Position numbers and translations under genes: made by a program. A DNA stretch of 64,000 nucleotides from an uncultured bacterium (lineage in GTDB: Bacteria; Hydrothermota; Hydrothermia; B15-G9; WFZT01): contig CAZNDM010000062.1 in NCBI GenBank assembly GCA_964571845.1, positions 18,258-82,257 on the forward strand, read 5' to 3'. The notes under the pieces were generated by a model. It ran no database searches. It had not been told where the DNA came from and saw only the letters and a list, made by a program, of their open reading frames with translations. Of this stretch, positions 9,460 to 18,540 are shown piece by piece (within the stretch, counting starts at the first letter, position 1; each line of letters starts with the position of its first letter).

Positions 9460-10359
9460 TCAAACAACATCCGCACTTCCCGATGGCTTTTTGGGTACAA
9501 ATCCCCTGTAAATACTTTTAACTGACACCTTTTTCGCCCCCATTCGCTTTTTGAACTCCTCTACACCCGGTAAACCTGCACTCGACCCAAGATTGTATAT
9601 CCCCCCTCCCAGCTCCATGACCACAGTGTGGTGAAGTAAATTGTTGGGCCTCAACCATAAGAAATCTCGTTTCGATATACCGTAGTGATAAAAAGCATAG
9701 TTCTTACCGTAAACCACAAAGATGTGGGCTATGGCATTATCCTGATAAACCGCTGAATACAGCTTCCCCACCTTCCTGGCGATCAATTCACCGAAAAAGA
9801 ATTTTTTAATCCTCTTATCAAGCCAGCCTTTCCTCGAAAAGATCTCAACGAGAAAATCGTCCAGCATCTCATTTTCAACCACCAGAACACCTGCCTTTTT
9901 TGCCTTTTTAACACCCCTAAGGAAGTTTTCAGGGAATTTAAAACCCCGGTCCAAATCGATAACATGGGTAAAACTGGAGAAAGTCTTAAAGTCGGGGAAA
10001 TCCTCACTACCCACAGGATTGAAAGGATCGAAATTGATCAAAACACCCAAAAACTTCCTCGAAATAGTTCGAAGAGCCTTCAGCAAGCATACGGGATCGT
10101 GGTTTCCATGAATGAGAACTGGGCCTCCGTATGTTGAGAGGGGATTACTGTAGAGGAATTTTAGGATAAAGGCTTTTGACATGAGGTAGGGGAAGAGGTA
10201 AATTGCATTTTTACACAGAATTTCAAAGGCACCGGCTGAGTAGCCTTTCTTCAGATTTTCGTATGTTTCAAGCCAGTCTGGCGAATAGAATGCAGGGAAG
10301 TATTGAAGGTTATCGAGTAGTTCAAGCCATCTGGATCTGGAAATGGGGATCAGTTTCAT
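9460..10359 (-). CDS. Hypothetical protein, possibly a FemAB-like / GNAT-fold acyltransferase
   Basis: The tracked ORF extends upstream into the terminator hairpin. The likely true start is MKLIPISRSRW, at Met23 of the tracked ORF. Its size of about 300 aa and overall pattern weakly resemble FemAB/Acetyltransf_6-like proteins. No diagnostic motif was confirmed. Confidence 0.35.
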   Translation of the reverse strand: MKLIPISRSRWLELLDNLQYFPAFYSPDWLETYENLKKGYSAGAFEILCKNAIYLFPYLMSKAFILKFLYSNPLSTYGGPVLIHGNHDPVCLLKALRTISRKFLGVLINFDPFNPVGSEDFPDFKTFSSFTHVIDLDRGFKFPENFLRGVKKAKKAGVLVVENEMLDDFLVEIFSRKGWLDKRIKKFFFGELIARKVGKLYSAVYQDNAIAHIFVVYGKNYAFYHYGISKRDFLWLRPNNLLHHTVVMELGGGIYNLGSSAGLPGVEEFKKRMGAKKVSVKSIYRGFVPKKPSGSADVV

Positions 10360-10381
10360 GCGGAATTTTTTGGTAATTAGA

Positions 10382-10414
10382 GGGGCGGAGCGCCGGGAAC
10401 CGGCGCTCCGCCCC
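10382..10414. terminator. GC-rich palindrome hairpin (15-bp stem, GAA loop) downstream of the acyl-CoA dehydrogenase gene
   Basis: GGGGCGGAGCGCCGG-GAA-CCGGCGCTCCGCCCC lies 8 bp after the stop of 10422..11567 (-). Confidence 0.55.
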
Positions 10415-10421
10415 TCACACC

Positions 10422-11567
10422 TCATTTATTCCTCAAAAATGCTCTCGCTATTGTTAACCTGTGAGCTTCGCTCGTCCCCTCGTATATCTCCGTTATCTTC
10501 GCATCTCTGTAATGCCTCTCCACATCAAAGTCTTCTGTATAACCGTATCCACCGTGCACCTGTATGGCTTCTCTTGTCACCTTCATTGCGACATCCGACG
10601 CAAAGAGTTTGGCATAGGCTGAAGCAACCACATAATCCTCACCTCTGTCTTTCAAAAATGCTGCCTTGAGGTACAGGAGTCTTGCTGCCTCGATCAGCAT
10701 CGCCATATCAGCTATCTTCCACTGAATAGCCTGGAACTCAGCTATCGGTCTCCCGAACTGTTTTCTCTCTTTTGCATAAGCCACAGACTCCTCAAAAGCT
10801 GCACGAGCTATGCCCACTGCCTGTGCAGCTATTCCAATACGACCACCATCGTAGGCATCGAGGGCTATGTAAAATCCTTTGCCACGCTCTCCAAGCATGT
10901 TCTCTTCGGGAACCCTCATGTCCTCAAAAATAAGCTCTGCAGTTGAGGAAGCCCGTATTCCCAGCTTATGTTCAATCTTTCCGATGGAAAAGCCCGGAGT
11001 ATCTCTTTCAACGATAAAAGCGGAAAGTCCCTTGTGTCCGAGCTCAGGATCCGTTTTTGCAAAGATAAGATAGATACCAGCCTCTCTTCCATTCGTTATA
11101 AATATTTTCCTGCCGTTAATGACCCAGTATTTGCCATCCTTTACAGCCCTTGTCTTTATGCCAGAAATGTCAGTCCCGGCTTCCGGCTCCGTCATGCCAT
11201 GAGCACCAAGGACTTTACCAGAAGCGAGGAGTGGAAGATATTTCTTTTTCTGCTCTTCGGTCCCGTACTTCATTATAGGATCCACAACGAGGGAGGTATG
11301 TGCAGACATGATCACCCCGGTTCCCGCACACGCCCGTGAAATCTCTTCAACCATGAGGGCGTAACTGACAACATCCATACCAGCGCCACCGTACTCCTCC
11401 GGCACATAAACCCCAAACATCCCAAGTTCTGCCATTTTCTTTACAATTTCAGCCGGGAATTTCGCCTCTCTGTCGAGCTCCCTTGCAACAGGCTTTACCT
11501 CTTTTTCGGCAAATTCCCTTGCCATGTCTCTTGCCATTTTTTGTTCTTCTGTTAACTCAAAATTCAT
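10422..11567 (-). CDS. Acyl-CoA dehydrogenase (short/branched-chain, butyryl-CoA dehydrogenase-like)
   Basis: MNFELTEEQKMARDMAREFAEKEV... is an ACAD N-terminus. The ACAD middle and C-terminal domains are present, including the catalytic base region ...YEGTSE... The protein is full length at 381 aa. Confidence 0.9.
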   Translation of the reverse strand: MNFELTEEQKMARDMAREFAEKEVKPVARELDREAKFPAEIVKKMAELGMFGVYVPEEYGGAGMDVVSYALMVEEISRACAGTGVIMSAHTSLVVDPIMKYGTEEQKKKYLPLLASGKVLGAHGMTEPEAGTDISGIKTRAVKDGKYWVINGRKIFITNGREAGIYLIFAKTDPELGHKGLSAFIVERDTPGFSIGKIEHKLGIRASSTAELIFEDMRVPEENMLGERGKGFYIALDAYDGGRIGIAAQAVGIARAAFEESVAYAKERKQFGRPIAEFQAIQWKIADMAMLIEAARLLYLKAAFLKDRGEDYVVASAYAKLFASDVAMKVTREAIQVHGGYGYTEDFDVERHYRDAKITEIYEGTSEAHRLTIARAFLRNK

Positions 11568-11570
11568 AAC

Positions 11571-12278
11571 TCACCTCCTAAAAATCATTCCAAGTCTTTC
11601 CTTTTTCGGAGAATCAAACAGGATTCTGTTAAAAAGAGACCTTATGGGATCCCTGCCAGATTTAACATCTTCTATGACAAAAAAGGCTCTGCGAAAAATC
11701 AAAAACAGTGAGATGTAAACAACGACTCCCGTAAATTCGGGTTTAAAAAGTTTAAAAAATACCGGGGTCAGTAAAGTTGCAAAAAATGTCGAGAGTGCTG
11801 CCTCTCCTATGAGAATCCCCGCACCTGAGATGACCACGAAAAACACAAATGCAGGTGGAAATAGGGCGAGCAGGACACCGAGTGCAGGCGCAATTCCCCT
11901 GCCTCCATGAAATTTAAGAAAAATCGGGAAGCAGTGACCCACGATAACTGCGAGAACGGAGAGGGTAAAAAGACTGTTGTAATGAATGGCAAGCTGGGCT
12001 GATACATAGCCCTTGAGAAAGTCAAGCATACCGGCTGCAACTCCCACCAGCAGACCGGCGTTTCTGATGGCATTTGAGCCACCTACATTTCTTGATCCAA
12101 CCTTTCTTGTGTCAATACCTTTAAACCATATAGGCAGAATGTAGGAGAATGGAATGCTTCCGATAATATAAGTCAGGACTGGCACAAAATGAAGTATAAA
12201 ACCACAAAAGGAAAAATTCCACAGGAACACATTGTGGGGATATTTGAGTCGGAACTGACGGCAGCTGATTAAATGCAT
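11571..12278 (-). CDS. plsY: Glycerol-3-phosphate acyltransferase PlsY (acyl-phosphate dependent)
   Basis: YIIGSIPFSYILPIWFKGIDTRKVGSRNVGGSNAIRNAGLLVGV carries the PlsY signature motifs. The start is uncertain: Met7 of the tracked ORF is used here, and the tracked ORF starts at 12296. Confidence 0.75.
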   Translation of the reverse strand: MHLISCRQFRLKYPHNVFLWNFSFCGFILHFVPVLTYIIGSIPFSYILPIWFKGIDTRKVGSRNVGGSNAIRNAGLLVGVAAGMLDFLKGYVSAQLAIHYNSLFTLSVLAVIVGHCFPIFLKFHGGRGIAPALGVLLALFPPAFVFFVVISGAGILIGEAALSTFFATLLTPVFFKLFKPEFTGVVVYISLFLIFRRAFFVIEDVKSGRDPIRSLFNRILFDSPKKERLGMIFRR

Positions 12279-12332
12279 AAAAGTTGAAAATTTCACATGC
12301 GTGCTTTATTTTGTGGAAAAAAGGAGTGGCAC

Positions 12333-13940
12333 ATGTTCAGGATTGAATCCAGGGTAAAAACCACCAGTCCCGAGTTTATTGAGAACATGAAATACAACAA
12401 GGAGCTTGTAAAACAGCTCCGGGAGAGACTGGAACAGGTTAAAAAGGGAGGACCACCTGAGGCAATTAAAAGACATAAGGAGCGTGGGAAACTTCTTGCC
12501 CGAGAAAGGATAGAGCTTCTGCTGGACAAAAACACACCTTTTCTTGAACTTTCCCCACTTGCAGCATGGGGGATGTATGACAATCAGGTACCGGCTGCCG
12601 GGATTATCACAGGAATTGGTGTCGTTCACGGAAGAGAGGTCTGCATAGTTGCAAACGACGCAACAGTGAAGGGAGGAACATATTTCCCTGAAACCATAAA
12701 AAAACACATACGGGCGCAGGAAATCGCAATGCAAAATCGTCTGCCCTGCGTTTACATGGTTGACTCAGGTGGTGTATTCTTGCCACTCCAGGCTGAGGTA
12801 TTCCCCGATAAAGAACATTTTGGCAGAATTTTCTACAACCAGGCGAGAATGTCAGCCGAAAATATTCCCCAGATTTCCATTGTTATGGGATCTTGCACGG
12901 CTGGTGGAGCTTATGTACCTGCCATGAGTGACGAGACCATCATCGTTAAGGAACAGGGGACGATTTTCATCGGTGGTCCACCACTGGTCAAAGCAGCAAC
13001 TGGCGTTGATGTAACAGCTGAAGAGCTCGGTGGTGCGGATGTACACACCCGTATTTCCGGTGTGGCAGACCACTTCGCGGTGGATGATCGCCACGCCATC
13101 CAGATTGCCAGAAACATCATTGAAAACCTTAATAGATCCGATAAGTTCCCGCTCGATATATCTGAACCGGAGGACCCATATTACGATCCAGAGGAAATAT
13201 ACGGAATTATACCAAGAGACCTGAAAAAACCATTTGACGTTAGAGAAATTATTGCCAGAATAGTTGATGGCTCGAGATTCCATGAGTTCAAAGCGAGATA
13301 CGGCACGACACTTGTTACCGGATTTGCAAGAATAATGGGGTATCCGGTATGTATAGTCGCTAATAACGGCGTATTTTTCTCTGAAGCCGCACAGAAAGGG
13401 GCTCATTTTATATCCATGTGTTCGGTGAGGAAAATACCGATTGTGTTTTTACAGAATATAACCGGGTTTATAGTCGGGAAACAGTACGAACATGGTGGTA
13501 TTGCTAAGGACGGCGCCAAGATGGTCCATGCTGTTGCTGTTGCCCAGGTACCCAAATTCACCGTCATTATCGGAAATTCCTTCGGGGCAGGAAACTATGC
13601 AATGGCTGGTAGAGGATATGACCCCAGACTCCTCTTCATGTGGCCCAATGCAAAGATTGCTGTAATGGGTGGTGAGCAGGCGGCTGATGTCCTCGTTACT
13701 GTCAAAAGGGATCAGCTCAGAAGAAAAGGTCTCGAGCTATCACCTGAAGAAGAAAGAAAGATCAGGGAGCCGGTACTGAAAAAATACGAGGAAGAATCAA
13801 GCGCTTACTACAGCACAGCAAGGCTCTGGGATGACGGAATTATCGACCCTCTCGATACCCGCACGATCCTGGCTCTCGGAATATCCATGTCACTTAATGC
13901 TCCAATACCCGACCATAAATTCGGAGTGTTCAGAATGTAA
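12333..13940 (+). CDS. Acyl-CoA carboxylase carboxyltransferase subunit (PccB/MccB-type, beta chain)
   Basis: The protein has a two-lobed carboxyl-transferase domain and the conserved N-terminus ...[35 protein letters not shown]... Start MFRIESR is preceded by an AAGGAG RBS. It is about 535 aa. Confidence 0.85.
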   Translation: MFRIESRVKTTSPEFIENMKYNKELVKQLRERLEQVKKGGPPEAIKRHKERGKLLARERIELLLDKNTPFLELSPLAAWGMYDNQVPAAGIITGIGVVHGREVCIVANDATVKGGTYFPETIKKHIRAQEIAMQNRLPCVYMVDSGGVFLPLQAEVFPDKEHFGRIFYNQARMSAENIPQISIVMGSCTAGGAYVPAMSDETIIVKEQGTIFIGGPPLVKAATGVDVTAEELGGADVHTRISGVADHFAVDDRHAIQIARNIIENLNRSDKFPLDISEPEDPYYDPEEIYGIIPRDLKKPFDVREIIARIVDGSRFHEFKARYGTTLVTGFARIMGYPVCIVANNGVFFSEAAQKGAHFISMCSVRKIPIVFLQNITGFIVGKQYEHGGIAKDGAKMVHAVAVAQVPKFTVIIGNSFGAGNYAMAGRGYDPRLLFMWPNAKIAVMGGEQAADVLVTVKRDQLRRKGLELSPEEERKIREPVLKKYEEESSAYYSTARLWDDGIIDPLDTRTILALGISMSLNAPIPDHKFGVFRM

Positions 13941-13944
13941 TAAG

Positions 13945-15306
13945 ATGCCAAAAGTACTCATCATAGAGGACGAAGTAAATCAAAGAGAGCTTCTAAAAGA
14001 ATTCCTGTCAACAAAGGGTTACGAAGTTGAGACAGCAGGAGATGGAAGTGAGGGGATAGCTCGGTTCAGAGAAGACATTTTTGATGCAGTCCTGCTCGAT
14101 ATCAAACTACCCGACATGTCAGGTATCGATGTTTTGAAACAAATCCAATCAATTAACCCGGGAATACCCGTAATAATGACAACCGCCTACTCTGATGTGG
14201 AGCTCGTGGTCGAAGCCATGAAGTCAGGTGCCTACCATTATCTTGTAAAACCGATAAATCTCGAAGAACTCCTCATTATTCTCAGCAGGGCGATAAAACA
14301 CTTTAATCTAATAAGGGAAGTTGAAATTTTAAGAGAGAAAACAGAGCTCGCATACCCGGATATTGAGGGGATAATTGCAGAGTCACACGAAATGAAGAAA
14401 GTGCTCGCAACTGCTCTCAAGGTGGCAAAGTCAAAAGCAACGGTACTCATTACCGGAGAAACGGGGACCGGGAAAGAGCTTATTGCAAGATTTATCCACA
14501 GATACTCACCGAGGAAAAACAAACCCTTTGTCCCGGTTAATGTGGCAGCTATACCGGAATCACTTGTAGAATCAGAACTTTTTGGGCATGTAAGAGGGGC
14601 ATTCACAGATGCGGTAAAGGATCGTAAGGGATACTTTGAAATTGCCGATGGAGGTACAATTTTCCTTGACGAAATTGGTGAATTACCTCTGTCTGTCCAG
14701 CCAAAACTTCTAAGAGTGCTACAGGAGGGAGAATTCTACCCTGTAGGCTCGTCAAAACCAGTAAAGGTTGACATCAGGGTTATAGCCGCTACAAACCGCA
14801 ACCTCGAGGAGGAAGTGAAAGAAGGTAAATTCCGTGAAGATCTTTACTATCGCCTGAATGTCATCAACATCCATATCAAACCTCTGAGGGAGAGAAGGGA
14901 GGATATTCCTTATCTGCTGGATCACTTCCTGAAAAAGTACAGTCAGAAAGAGGGGAAGAAGATCCTCGGTTTTACACGAGAGGCATACGAGGCACTATTG
15001 AGATACGATTATCCCGGCAATGTGAGAGAACTGGAAAACATTGTGGAAAGAGCGGTGGTGCTTGCTCAGGGTGATTATATTACAACTGCTGAGCTCCCTT
15101 TGCATCTTGTCTCATCCGAATTCCCCATTGATACTGCTAAACCCTTATCATTGCCTGAAAAGCTCGAATTGCTCGAGAGAAGCATAATCCTTGAAGCCTT
15201 AAAGAAACACGGATGGGTGAAAACACGGGCTGCCAGAGAACTCGGAATATCTGAAAGGGTATTGCGCTACCGTATGCAGAAACTCGGCATTAAAGAGAAC
15301 GGTTAA
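13945..15306 (+). CDS. Sigma-54-dependent response regulator (NtrC/AtoC family: receiver + AAA+ sigma-54 activator + Fis HTH)
   Basis: The receiver domain carries MPKVLIIEDE...DAVLLDIKLPDMSG with the phospho-acceptor Asp. The AAA+ core has GETGTGKE (Walker A), GAFTDA, and ESELFGH, which matches the GAFTGA sigma-54 contact motif. The C-terminus has a Fis-type HTH (RAARELGISERVLRYRMQKLGI). The ATG lies 5 nt after the pccB-like stop. Confidence 0.9.
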   Translation: MPKVLIIEDEVNQRELLKEFLSTKGYEVETAGDGSEGIARFREDIFDAVLLDIKLPDMSGIDVLKQIQSINPGIPVIMTTAYSDVELVVEAMKSGAYHYLVKPINLEELLIILSRAIKHFNLIREVEILREKTELAYPDIEGIIAESHEMKKVLATALKVAKSKATVLITGETGTGKELIARFIHRYSPRKNKPFVPVNVAAIPESLVESELFGHVRGAFTDAVKDRKGYFEIADGGTIFLDEIGELPLSVQPKLLRVLQEGEFYPVGSSKPVKVDIRVIAATNRNLEEEVKEGKFREDLYYRLNVINIHIKPLRERREDIPYLLDHFLKKYSQKEGKKILGFTREAYEALLRYDYPGNVRELENIVERAVVLAQGDYITTAELPLHLVSSEFPIDTAKPLSLPEKLELLERSIILEALKKHGWVKTRAARELGISERVLRYRMQKLGIKENG

Positions 15307-15370
15307 ATTTTTGCAATAAAATCGTTTAGATCGAATCCAGTAATCGTGAATTTCACCCGTGTGTCGTAAG

Positions 15371-15400
15371 TTGACACAAAAATTGAGCGAAGTCTATAAT
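15371..15400 (+). promoter_or_regulatory. Candidate sigma-70-type promoter upstream of the EF-G paralog
   Basis: TTGACA, an 18-nt spacer and TATAAT (ttgacacaaaaattgagcgaagtctataat) lie about 40 nt upstream of an AGGAGG RBS and the ATG at 15438. Confidence 0.35.
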
Positions 15401-15437
15401 TTATGCCAATTTTTGAAATCCACGAAGGAGGACGAAT

Positions 15438-17480
15438 ATGAGTTTAGATGTTAACGCCATCAGGAATTTTGCACTTATTGGACACGGTGGTTCTGGTAAG
15501 ACCTCCCTTGCTGAAGCTCTTCTTTACAAGGCGAAGGTTACAAACCGATTGAACAGTCCAGATCAGGGCAATTCTATTCTGGACTTTGATCCTGAGGAGA
15601 TTAAAAGAAAGATAACAATCAATCTTGCTGTTGCGCATTTCGAATGGAAAGGCAAATGGATGAACCTCATTGATACTCCTGGTTACCTCGATTTCGCCGG
15701 AGAAGTGGCTGCAGGTCTGAGAGCTGCTGACAACGCCATTGTTGTTATTGATGCGTCCTCCGGTGTTGAAGTTGGAGCTGAAAAGTATTACGAAATTGCA
15801 AAAAAGAGGGGAATTCCGAGAATTATTTTTGTAAACAAAATGAAATCCCCGGAGATCAATGTTGATTCCCTTATCCAGGAACTCAAAGAAGCCTTTGGAA
15901 ACGGCGTCGTTCCCGTCCAGATTCCCATTGGATCCGGGGAAAATTTTGAAGGTGTTTTTGACCTTATAAGCGGCGATCCTTCAACATTGTCGGGGGAGAC
16001 AAAGGAATACGCAGAATCCAAAATTGAGGAGCTCAAGGAAGCCACGATCGAGCTTTCAGAGGAACTGCTCGAAAAGTACATGGAAGGTGAAGAGATCTCC
16101 ACCGAAGAGCTTGCCAGGACCCTCAGAGAAGGGATAATAAGCGGAGAGCTCATCCCTGTACTTTTCGGTGAGGCAAAGGAGCTAATAGGTGTTGAGGAAC
16201 TTGCTGACTTCATAGCTGAGTATGGCGCCTCACCGGTCAATGCTCCAAAAGAAATTGGAAAAATGGGAGACGAAGAAGTAGAAATTGTCCCGGATCCAAA
16301 TGAGCCTCTTGTTGCTTTTGTCTTTAAAACCATCTCAGAGCTCCATGTCGGAGAGCTATACCTCGTTAAAGTCTATTCCGGAACACTGACACCCGGTATT
16401 GAAGTTATCAACGCAAATCTCGGTAGAACAGAAAAAATCAATCAGGTTTACCTCGTCAGGGGTAAGGAAAGAAAGGAAACTGATAAGCTCATACCCGGTA
16501 TGATAGGTGCACTCGTCAAGCTCAAGGAGACAAAGACTGGTCACACACTCTGCTCAAAAGACAGACCTGTTGTGCTTCAGGGAATTGAATTCCCACATCC
16601 AACGATTTCTGTTGCCATCGTACCCAAAACCCGTGAGGACCAGGAAAAGGTCTCTGAAGGACTTTCAAGACTCAGAGACGAGGACCCCACATTTGAATTT
16701 CACTATGATCCTGAACTAAAACAGACCCTGATTTCAGGACTTGGAGAGATACACCTCGATGTGATCGTCTCAAAGTTGAGAGACAAGTTTGGAGTTAATG
16801 TTGAAACTTCCAAGCCCAAGATCCCTTACAGGGAGACGATTCGAAAACCTGCTCAGGCTATGGGTAAGTATGTGAAGCAGACAGGCGGGCACGGTCAGTA
16901 CGGAATATGCTACATAAAAATCGAACCTCTTCCGAGAGGCGGTGGTTATGAGTTTGTAAACGAGATATTCGGAGGAGCTATTCCCTCCCAGTTTATTCCC
17001 TCAGTGGAAGCCGGTATAAAGAAAGCTATGGAGAAAGGTGTACTTGCTGGCTATAAGGTGGTCGATGTCAAGGTTACCCTTTACGATGGTAAATATCATC
17101 CAGTTGATTCTTCCAACCTTGCTTTTGAAATTGCCGGTTCAATGGCGTTCAAAGAGGCAGAGGCTAACGCAGATCCCTATCTCCTCGAACCCATCTATGA
17201 AGTCGAGGTGCGCGTACCCGAAGAGTACATGGGAGATGTGATCGGTGATCTGAACGCAAGAAGAGGCAGAATTCTCGGAATGGAAGCAGAGGGCAAGATG
17301 CAGATAATCAAGGCTCATGTTCCGCTTGCCGAGCTCTACAAGTACTCATCCACACTGAGATCCATAACCAAGGGACGCGGCACATTCACTATGAAATTCT
17401 CGCATTATCAGGAAGTTCCAAAAGAAATTGCACAGAAGATCATAGAAGAGGCGAAAAAGGAACAGGAAGAAGGCAAGTGA
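15438..17480 (+). CDS. Elongation factor G family GTPase (EF-G2-like paralog)
   Basis: The G domain carries ALIGHGGSGKTSLAEAL (G1), DTPGYLDF (G3) and NKMK (G4). EF-G domains II to V follow, with the conserved ...GGHGQYG... region. At 680 aa it is short, and the sequence is divergent, as is typical of EF-G2 paralogs. Confidence 0.85.
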   Translation: MSLDVNAIRNFALIGHGGSGKTSLAEALLYKAKVTNRLNSPDQGNSILDFDPEEIKRKITINLAVAHFEWKGKWMNLIDTPGYLDFAGEVAAGLRAADNAIVVIDASSGVEVGAEKYYEIAKKRGIPRIIFVNKMKSPEINVDSLIQELKEAFGNGVVPVQIPIGSGENFEGVFDLISGDPSTLSGETKEYAESKIEELKEATIELSEELLEKYMEGEEISTEELARTLREGIISGELIPVLFGEAKELIGVEELADFIAEYGASPVNAPKEIGKMGDEEVEIVPDPNEPLVAFVFKTISELHVGELYLVKVYSGTLTPGIEVINANLGRTEKINQVYLVRGKERKETDKLIPGMIGALVKLKETKTGHTLCSKDRPVVLQGIEFPHPTISVAIVPKTREDQEKVSEGLSRLRDEDPTFEFHYDPELKQTLISGLGEIHLDVIVSKLRDKFGVNVETSKPKIPYRETIRKPAQAMGKYVKQTGGHGQYGICYIKIEPLPRGGGYEFVNEIFGGAIPSQFIPSVEAGIKKAMEKGVLAGYKVVDVKVTLYDGKYHPVDSSNLAFEIAGSMAFKEAEANADPYLLEPIYEVEVRVPEEYMGDVIGDLNARRGRILGMEAEGKMQIIKAHVPLAELYKYSSTLRSITKGRGTFTMKFSHYQEVPKEIAQKIIEEAKKEQEEGK

Positions 17481-18325
17481 AAGCAGGTCCTGAGTGCTTT
17501 CCGTGCGCACTCAACCAGGTTTTGAGGTTGATGCGCGCGGTTAATATGAACGACGAAACTATCCTTGACGCAATTAAAGAGGCCTGGGAATACATCAAGG
17601 GCCTTGACCTTAACTATTCACCGGCATACATTGCTACCCGTTCGATCCGAACGGGTAGCAAGTATTTTCCGGTGAAAGATCCATACCTTGAATTCAAGAG
17701 AGAACACAACTTAATAGCGAAAAAGGTACTCGAAGAAGTCAAGGACCGGGTTGAAAACACTTCTGACCCACTAAAATTTAGACTCATTCTCATGGCTTCG
17801 GGGAACATCATCGATCTCGGCACACAGGATAAATTCGATCTCGTGAAAACACTCGAGGCAAACTTTGACGCCGGCTTCGGAATTGATCACTATGAAATCT
17901 TCAAAGAAAAATTGAGCAATGCAAATAAATTTATGCTGATCGCCGACAATGCCGGTGAAGTGGTTTTCGATATCTACTTTCTCAAAAAACTGGATGTAAA
18001 AGAAAAAATCCTCGCAGTAAAGAGCGGACCTGTCCTGAACGATGTAACCATGTATGACCTCGAAGACCTTGATACAGAGGGGTTGAGAGTAATTGAGACG
18101 GGTTCAAATGCCCTCGGTGTGGATTTCAAAGAGGTTTCAGAGGAATTTCTTGATGAGTTCAACAGCTCGGACATTGTGCTTGCTAAGGGACACGCTAACT
18201 TTGAAACACTGGACGATGCACCAAGAGAAGTGTTTCTCCTGCTCCAGATAAAGTGTCAGGTGGTTTCAAGAAGACTTGGTAAACCGGTGGGTACACCTGT
18301 TTTTGCTCTGAATACGCTGATTTAA
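17477..18325 (+). CDS. DUF89 (ARMT1-like) family protein, a putative damage-control phosphatase
   Basis: The conserved DNAGE metal-binding motif is present (LIADNAGEVVFDIYFLKKL), the N-terminal region contains ECFPCAL, and the length is about 280 aa. A GTG start overlaps the EF-G stop (GTGA). Confidence 0.65.
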   Translation: MKAGPECFPCALNQVLRLMRAVNMNDETILDAIKEAWEYIKGLDLNYSPAYIATRSIRTGSKYFPVKDPYLEFKREHNLIAKKVLEEVKDRVENTSDPLKFRLILMASGNIIDLGTQDKFDLVKTLEANFDAGFGIDHYEIFKEKLSNANKFMLIADNAGEVVFDIYFLKKLDVKEKILAVKSGPVLNDVTMYDLEDLDTEGLRVIETGSNALGVDFKEVSEEFLDEFNSSDIVLAKGHANFETLDDAPREVFLLLQIKCQVVSRRLGKPVGTPVFALNTLI

Positions 18326-18330
18326 GCTAC

Positions 18331-18540
18331 CTACTCCCTGACAAGATCAACTGCCTCTTCGTAAAACTCTTCAGGGACAAGAATTCTGACCTGCCCGAGC
18401 CCATCAACAGTTAAACCATAGATCTGACCGATTGCCTCGTACTCGAGTTTTACCGGTATATCATTTGATTCGAGCAAACCTTTTACAATGTAGGCTTCGG
18501 GCAGGCCATTTACAATCTTCACGATTTTCCAGCTATCCAT
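18331..18540 (-). CDS. Small DUF2007-like protein (putative signal-transducing protein)
   Basis: The 69-aa product resembles DUF2007 in size and pattern (...VKGLLESNDIPVKLEYEAIG...). Its start abuts the kbl stop with no gap. Confidence 0.4.
   Translation of the reverse strand: MDSWKIVKIVNGLPEAYIVKGLLESNDIPVKLEYEAIGQIYGLTVDGLGQVRILVPEEFYEEAVDLVRE

Noticed and set aside
12310-12330. TGGCAC motif near 12318 considered as a sigma-54 (-24) promoter element
   Set aside because: The motif is part of the RBS/start context of the carboxyltransferase gene (AAGGAGTGGCACATG). It lacks a correctly spaced -12 GC element.
12306-13406. Long antisense ORFs opposite the pccB-like gene (12306-12734, 12852-13406; 142 and 184 aa)
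   Set aside because: They are fully embedded opposite a well-supported, conserved carboxyltransferase CDS. They have low-complexity composition and no start context, as is typical of spurious reverse-strand frames. The same applies to 1353-1730, 5434-5784, 15788-16333, 43435-43863, 43894-44241, 48765-49187, 49691-50173, 53919-54149 and 55965-56477.
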